Of a stretch of DNA of 64,000 bases, positions 57,896 to 64,000 are shown piece by piece. The first letter of the stretch is position 1. Each line of letters opens with the position of its first letter. Made by a program: the position numbers and the translations under genes. Under the pieces are notes generated by a model. It was not told the DNA's origin. It saw only the letters and a program-made list of their open reading frames with translations, and ran no database searches. Origin of the DNA: Octopus vulgaris. Lineage: Eukaryota. The stretch spans positions 21,204,001-21,268,000 of the forward strand of contig OX597837.1 of NCBI GenBank assembly GCA_951406725.2. The letters run 5' to 3'.

Positions 57896-58562
57896 TAAAA
57901 ATGGGGAAGGCCGGTTTATGGGATTACCTTAGATTACCTGTCCATAAAAGGTTTAGCATTATGGCATATCGTCAGATCCCAAAACCTGTTGGCCCAAGAC
58001 CTCTTAAGAATATGGAGGAGGAAATGCCTTACTACTCAATGGTAACAATTGGGGATTGTCTCCCTTGGCTATCGGATGTCGACATCTGGCTGTGCTGCCA
58101 TCTTGTGGGCTCCAAAGGGCTAGCAGGAATCTCCTGAAATGTAAACATGGCCTGAAAAATCTCCTTTCTGGAGTTAAGGATGTTCCCTGGTTTGAGGGAG
58201 TCCTTTAGGATTCTTGCCTGTTCTGCTATGAATAATTGGCATAATTTTGTCCTATTGATGTAGGGGCTTGAGTTCTCAAGGATTTTCCATGAGATTGAGC
58301 ATGGAATCCTATCATCTCTCAGTTGCCAGATATGGCTGCCTAATGATGTTACATATCTCCTTTCCGCAACTCAGAAGGAGGACTTGTGGTTGGAGAGACG
58401 CTGCTTGAATGAGTTTCCAGAACATCCGATGTATCTCTGTGGGTGGGAGTTGTCAGTGCTGTGTCTGTATCTGCTGAAATTGCCACTGCCATCATTGTTG
58501 TTGTTGGAGCCGAAATTGCTGGGACTGCTGATAATCCCATAAACTGGCCTTCCCCATTTTTA
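57896..58562 (-). mobile_element. Penelope-like retroelement 3' fragment with GIY-YIG endonuclease remnant (about 58445-58140)
   Basis: Manual translation QRYIGCSGNSFKQRLSNHKSSF*VAERRYVTSLGSHIWQLRDDRIPCSISWKILENSSPYINRTKLCQLFIAEQARIL...NILNSRKEIF. Bounded by a 31 bp inverted repeat (57896-57926 / 58532-58562). Confidence 0.85.
57931..57979 (-). ncRNA. Decayed hammerhead motif in the 3' terminus of the Penelope-like element
   Basis: GGAU-CUGACGA-uaugccauaaugc-UAAA-CCU..AGG-UA-AUCU: GAAA changed to UAAA and stem II poor; same strand as, and downstream of, the endonuclease remnant. Confidence 0.55.
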
Positions 58563-58615
58563 CTGCTCTGTATCTTAGAGTGTGCTTCTTCTTTCAGATT
58601 TATGCTTTTACAGAC

Positions 58616-58701
<86 letters not shown>

Positions 58702-58732
58702 CAAAATAAGCAACAAGGATATCCAGAGGTAA

Positions 58733-58824
58733 TGCAGTACGATCGTTTCATGTGACTCCATTTAATTGAACAATGCTATCATTTCATTACATCAATTTAA
58801 AATGTAGAGCAATCTTCAGTTGCA
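58733..58824 (-). ncRNA. Hammerhead motif with long stem II, inside a ~35 bp inverted repeat (58699-58733 / 58847-58881)
   Basis: ugcaa-CUGAAGA-[~63 nt imperfect hairpin]-GAAA-CGAUCG-UA-cugca. Confidence 0.65.
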
Positions 58825-59044
58825 CAAAGACATAGAATTTAATTAAATTACCTCTGGATGTCCTTGTTGGTTATTTTGATTTTAATCACCTTATTTTGAA
58901 ATTGCATGGATAATACCATACTAAATTTTGGTGCCTCAACTTAAGTACCATATTCATCTGAATCTAAATTTTATATATATATATTATTAAGTAAGAAAAT
59001 GAAGAGATTTAAAGGATATAAATTAATTCATTAATTAATTAACA

Positions 59045-59153
59045 TTGCCTACAATTGTTTCAATTCACACCCAATACAAATTACAAAACATTTAATAATA
59101 TAATAATATAAGTTTGCATTTTGAAGATCTTGAGTGAAATATCTTCAGGGCAA
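59045..59153 (-). ncRNA. Hammerhead motif with long stem II
   Basis: UUGCC-CUGAAGA-[uauuucac...gugaauu, ~80 nt]-GAAA-CAAUUG-UA-GGCAA: perfect 5 bp stem I and palindromic stem III. Confidence 0.68.
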
Positions 59154-59379
59154 AGGACATTACAGAATTTACATGTTGATTGGTTGAGATGATCCCATCA
59201 TCATCATTTTTTAATGTCTGCCTCCATGCTGGTATGAGTTGGACAGTTTGACAGGATTTTGCCAGCTGGAGTGTTACCTGGGCTCCACTTGTCTGTTTTG
59301 GCATTGTTTCTACAGCTGGATGCCCTTCTTAATGCCAACCACTTTATGAGTGTACTAGGTGCTTTTACTTGCCAATACA

Positions 59380-60765
59380 CAAGGTGTTCAGGCTAAATTT
59401 GATGATTTTTTTTGTGACTTGTATTTTCAGGAACAGCATGATATATTGTGGAACAGTCAACATACTGGAGATTACAGTTGTAGTTGAGAAAAATTTAGCT
59501 AACATGGAGGATCAGAAGCCCTCTGAATATTAGAAAAGAGTTAGCTGTATTGTGATGATTCACACCAGGTATCAAAATGCTGACATCATGACTGCTGCTC
59601 AATGGAGATTACAAAGCTGTGACCACCAGGAAGGGACACAGCAGGCATTCTGATTGTGTCCACATGCCAGAATTCATCCAACAACTGCAGGACAAGTTGT
59701 TTCACATGCCGTTCAAGAATTTGGACCTGGAGATCTCCATTTCCAGCGACTTCAAGGGCCACCTCCCAGTGGTGTCAGATGTCAACAAAGAGCCCTTGAC
59801 TACAACAAGACGACCAAAGTTTTTTTTTTTTCCAAGGTCTGGGGTTTCTAAGCCCAAGACTATCACCTAATTACCCTTACCCGTCTTGTTGCTTAACAAA
59901 AACAACAACAACAGTTTCACATTGCTGTCTGAATTGAGTCTAAGCCCTTTTCAAAGATACAGGACAGAATGATGTCACTCTCACTGGAAACATATCCAAA
60001 GAGTGAGAGTGACATCATTCTGTCCTGTATCTTTGAAAAGGGCTTAGACTCAATTCAGACAGCAATGTGAAACTGTTGTTGTTGTTGTTTTTGTTAAGCA
60101 ACAAGACGGGTAAGGGTAATTAGATGATAGTCTTGGGCTTAGGGGTGGGAGACCCCAGACCTTGGAAAAAAAAAAAAATTTGGTCGTCTTGTTGTAGTCG
60201 AGGGCTCTTCGTTGACATATGACACCACTGGGAAGTGGCCCTCGAAGTCGCTGGAAATGGAGATCTCCAGGTCCAAATTCTTGAACGGCATGTGAAACAG
60301 TTGAAGATGGTGGTCAAACTCTGGCTGAAGAGGGTTGTTACTTGAAGGCCATATGTATGGTAGTAGGATTCAGCTCCTTGCCATACCTCTGGAAAAAGTC
60401 TGAAGTTGTAGAATTCTTACAACTTTGCCAGCCCCAATTTCTTTCCTCCCAATTCCTCTAATTGTAATCCCTTGGATTATTAACATGTGGAGTGTGGTTC
60501 AGAAAGACACCAACCATTCTGTATGAAACACTGAGCTGGTGGCCAAGATCAAGGAGGTGTTTGAAGATTTTCCCAGGTATACAGTGAAAAGCATCATCTT
60601 GAAGCCAAGGTGAGGGTGACTACTCTGAGTAAACTGCTACCTCCTTTATTTATTAATCAAAGTTCGTAGTTGATATTTTTCATTTTTTAAAATACTTTTC
60701 TTTTTGGATTGTATATTGTGTTTTTGGTTCCTTTTATGCACACAGTCAAATTCAGCCCAAACACA
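59380..60765 (+). mobile_element. Decayed maT/DD37D-like Tc1-mariner element hosting the foldback insert
   Basis: Ends gtgttcaggctaaatttga / tcaaattcagcccaaacac. Remnants RKGHSRHSDCVHMPEFIQQLQD and RPYVW**DSAPCHTS...PPNSSNCNPLDY. Confidence 0.75.
59699..60298. mobile_element. 600 bp foldback element (~290 bp arms, 16 nt loop)
   Basis: 59699-59985 is the reverse complement of 60002-60298; flanked by agtt on both sides. Confidence 0.9.
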
Positions 60766-60962
60766 TTCTCTCTCTCTCTTTCTATACACACTCATCCACA
60801 CACACACACACACATATATATATAGTTCTATACTACTACGTACTTTGACTAATATACTTACACTATTGATAAATATATAAATGCCTATTTTTTATGGCTT
60901 ATGGACTGTTAGGCAACAATGTGTGTATGTATGTGTGTATGTATGTGTGTATGTATGTGTGT

Positions 60963-61001
<39 letters not shown>

Positions 61002-61258
61002 ACCTATGCACAGATGAAATTTAAATCGAATAAAGCTGCAATGAATCACAATTACAGTAAATGAAGTCTCATCTTTCAATTTTAGCATTATCAAATTGTA
61101 ATCAATTATAATTACAATTTGATAATTTGAAAGTTGAAACTTAAATTTGTGTAATCCTGATTTTTAGTTTTATTAGATTCCTACATTATTCATTTCCTTG
61201 TTCTTGTTTGTACTCTAGTACAAAATGTTTATCCCTCCACCTCTTTCTCTCTCTCTCG

Positions 61259-61293
<35 letters not shown>

Positions 61294-61396
61294 GGAGTAA
61301 ACACATAAATGTGAAACAAGGTGGAAAAAAGAGTACTCAAATACCAGGGGTAGAGTAATATGCTTTATTTAAAAGCAGCAGAAAATTTAACAAAAA

Positions 61397-61434
61397 CTGT
61401 CCGACGAACGGGAACGTGAAACTCAGAGTAACAG
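61397..61434 (+). ncRNA. Compact hammerhead motif with variant core CCGACGA
   Basis: CUGU-CCGACGA-ACG-ggaa-CGU-GAAA-CUCAGAG-UA-ACAG. Stem I extends ~43 bp (61358-61400 / 61431-61473). The element sits in (TA)n. Confidence 0.7.
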
Positions 61435-62879
61435 GTTTTGTTGAATTTTCTGCTGCTTTTAAATAAAGTATATATATATATATATATATAGGGCCTTGTG
61501 CCTAGAATAGAAAAGAATTTCTACATCTGATTTCCATGCTGGCATGGGTTGGAAAGGTTTTTGCAATCTGAATAATTTCTTAATTCAGAGTTACTGCCCT
61601 CCTAGACAGATCAAAGGACCACATCTTGCTCAACACATTCCAATTTTGACATGGTTTCTCCAGCTGAATGCTCTTCCTGACATCTATTGCATTAGAGAGT
61701 GTACTGTGTGCATTTTATCATTGCACCAGCCCTGGAGAGGCAGTACTGTTTTCGGACAAACTAAAGGACCCTCTCAACCACATGTTGTCTCTGATTGTTT
61801 GCTTGTTTATTGTTTTAATGTGGCAGCAGCATTGTTGGGGTTGTCTTAGGGCCAGCGTGGCTAAAGACTTGTTACCATTCCGCTGTCTCTTTTAGTTCAA
61901 GGCAACATAATCAAGAGGGAGTAGGGAGTGATAGGGGGAGAAGTGCTGGAGCAATGATATGACGGTGGTGGGAGGAAACTGAGTGATGGTACAGTGGATA
62001 AGAGAATGGAGGAAAGTGAGATGGTGGGTCAAAACATTATTAGTGATGAAGAGAAGAGAGGATATCAGAGAGCATAATGGGAGAAACAGTGATGATGGAG
62101 TGGATGAGAGAAGGGGAGGGGGAGAGGGAGGATGAGTAACAGAGAGCTTAGTGATAGATTAGAAGGTATCAAGGAGCAGATGGTGGAATAACAGGGATAT
62201 ATTGGGCAATAGACCAAAATTGCTAAGTGCAAATCTACCTTTGGCATAACTTGGAGAACTGATTCTCTTAATTACACTAATCAACAATTAATTGATGCAT
62301 CTGATTAAAAATAAGATCATTTATGTGAAATAAAAATAAATATTGATTGATTTCATTAACTGCATCTATCTATACCAACATATTTCTGAAGACCCGGTCT
62401 TCATGAAGTGTGTCTTTGGAAACAATCAACCTGGTACAATCAAATCTTTTCTGCAAGGTCTATTTATTGTAAGCATTGAACCCAGCACTAGAATCAAATA
62501 AACTGGAGAGCCTCTATATGGTTGCTCAATCTGCTAGAAATAGCAACCAAACAATGCTTAACTATCTTAAAGAGAAAGACACAGATAATACAGTAATTTT
62601 GGGGGTTGATAAAAAAAAAGCACATCTGGGGTAGTGAACTTGTTGATCATTTGAGCATACTTGTTCCAGACATGTACGTTTTGAGTTCAAATCTTGTGGC
62701 TTATTTGTGTATTAAACTTTATTTGTCAGCCAGTTTAACACCATTTGGTTCTTGAGCACCTTTAATAGAGCCCACTCTATTGTAGGCACATGAGCCAGGT
62801 TCCTGGTTTGAGCATACCTTCCTCTCTTCCCTCAGTCTCTGAAACTCTGGAAATGGGCTTGGCTATAGATTACACTGAG

Positions 62880-63298
62880 TAACACGATTTTTGTCCTTGG
62901 GTAGCAACTATTATTTCATATTTGCTTACCCCAGAAAGCATGAAAAATAGCTAATATTTCCTTCAAACTTTGCTTTTCTTACATTTATTCAAACCCCAAA
63001 GGATCCCTCTCAACACATGGCTATGATGTTCCTACATTATTTCTGCTCATGGTCAGAAATGCACATATTGTCAGCTGCTAAGGGACATGTTCAAGTGGTT
63101 TAAGGTCAAACAACTGACAAGCAAATCTGAGGTATTTGTGTGTATTTCTGCTTCAGCAACTCAGTGCTGAATCTGTCTGAAATGCAATGGAAAATAGGTC
63201 AATTTCAAAACATTGATGTACAAGTCACAAAAGCAAAGTCTGAAGGGAATAGTAGTCATTTTGTTTGATTTCTAGATAGGAGCAAATAGGAAATAACA
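62880..63298. repeat. Unclassified ~430 bp dispersed repeat, copy 2 (inverted relative to 3180-3612)
   Basis: Reverse-complement similarity along the whole length. Confidence 0.7.
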
Positions 63299-64000
63299 CT
63301 TACTGACCAAAGACACACACAAAAAAAAAGTTACACTGTTTTCTTTCCTTCTTACTAAGTGATCTAAAAAGAAAGCTACAATTGGTAAAAAAAAGACACG
63401 ATGTTTGTAAATCTCAAATGCTATTTACGGCTTGGTGAACCGGACAGTTTGAAAGTCGAGACCTTTTGGCAAAAATCAGATAGCAGTGTCAGTGACAGAA
63501 TAAGAACCGCTGACCTCTCAGTTGGCTATCAGGTATATTAGTTGTATGTCTTAGATGAAACGATGCAGCATGGCTGAATAGCTTAAGAAGTTCGCAATAG
63601 AATCAAGCGGTCCCAGGTTCAATCCTAACATTTTTTTCTCTCTTTTATCATGGCCTTTGGTCAAAATAAATCTTATGAGTGAAATTGTGTTGATGGAAAC
63701 TGTTTAGAAGCTTGTTGGATGAACTGAACCTGTACATCAAAGGACCAGCCTTGTCACATGCTGTGTCATGCTGATTTCACCTGAGGATTATGTTATGGGC
63801 TGGTGTATCTGTGGAATACTCAACCACTTCACACATTAACTCAAAGAGTAGTCATTCAATCAAATGGACAACTGAGTATTCAATTGTCAAAATTGATAAA
63901 TCAAATTCGATGACTGGCTTCCATGCTAGCGGAGTGCTAAGAGCACCATCCAAGCGTGATCATTGCCAGAGCAGCTAATTGGCTTCCATGCTGGTGGCAC

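Overview
This is AT-rich, intron- and repeat-dominated animal genomic DNA. The SINE families and very dense microsatellites resemble octopus/cephalopod DNA (an inference, not database-checked). One host gene is supported: the 5' part of an HTATIP2/TIP30-like NAD(P)-binding oxidoreductase on the minus strand. It has three phase-compatible exons (15278-15148, 2831-2645, 98-1, running off the window) and a hydrophobic N-terminal extension. The rest is a transposon landscape of tRNA-derived SINEs, RTE/CR1/R4-type LINE tails, decayed Tc1/mariner elements, Helitrons, hAT and piggyBac-type MITEs and a solo LTR. Most ORFs in the supplied track are microsatellite or SINE artefacts. The most striking signal is seven hammerhead-ribozyme-like motifs, all with a GUA cleavage triplet and most with a tiny palindromic stem III. 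They sit in Penelope-like element remnants, mostly within or next to (TA)n tracts, one directly downstream of a GIY-YIG endonuclease remnant, and several fold-back palindromes are centred on or next to the ribozyme. A separate 600-bp near-perfect hairpin element with an apparent AGTT target duplication sits at 59699-60298.
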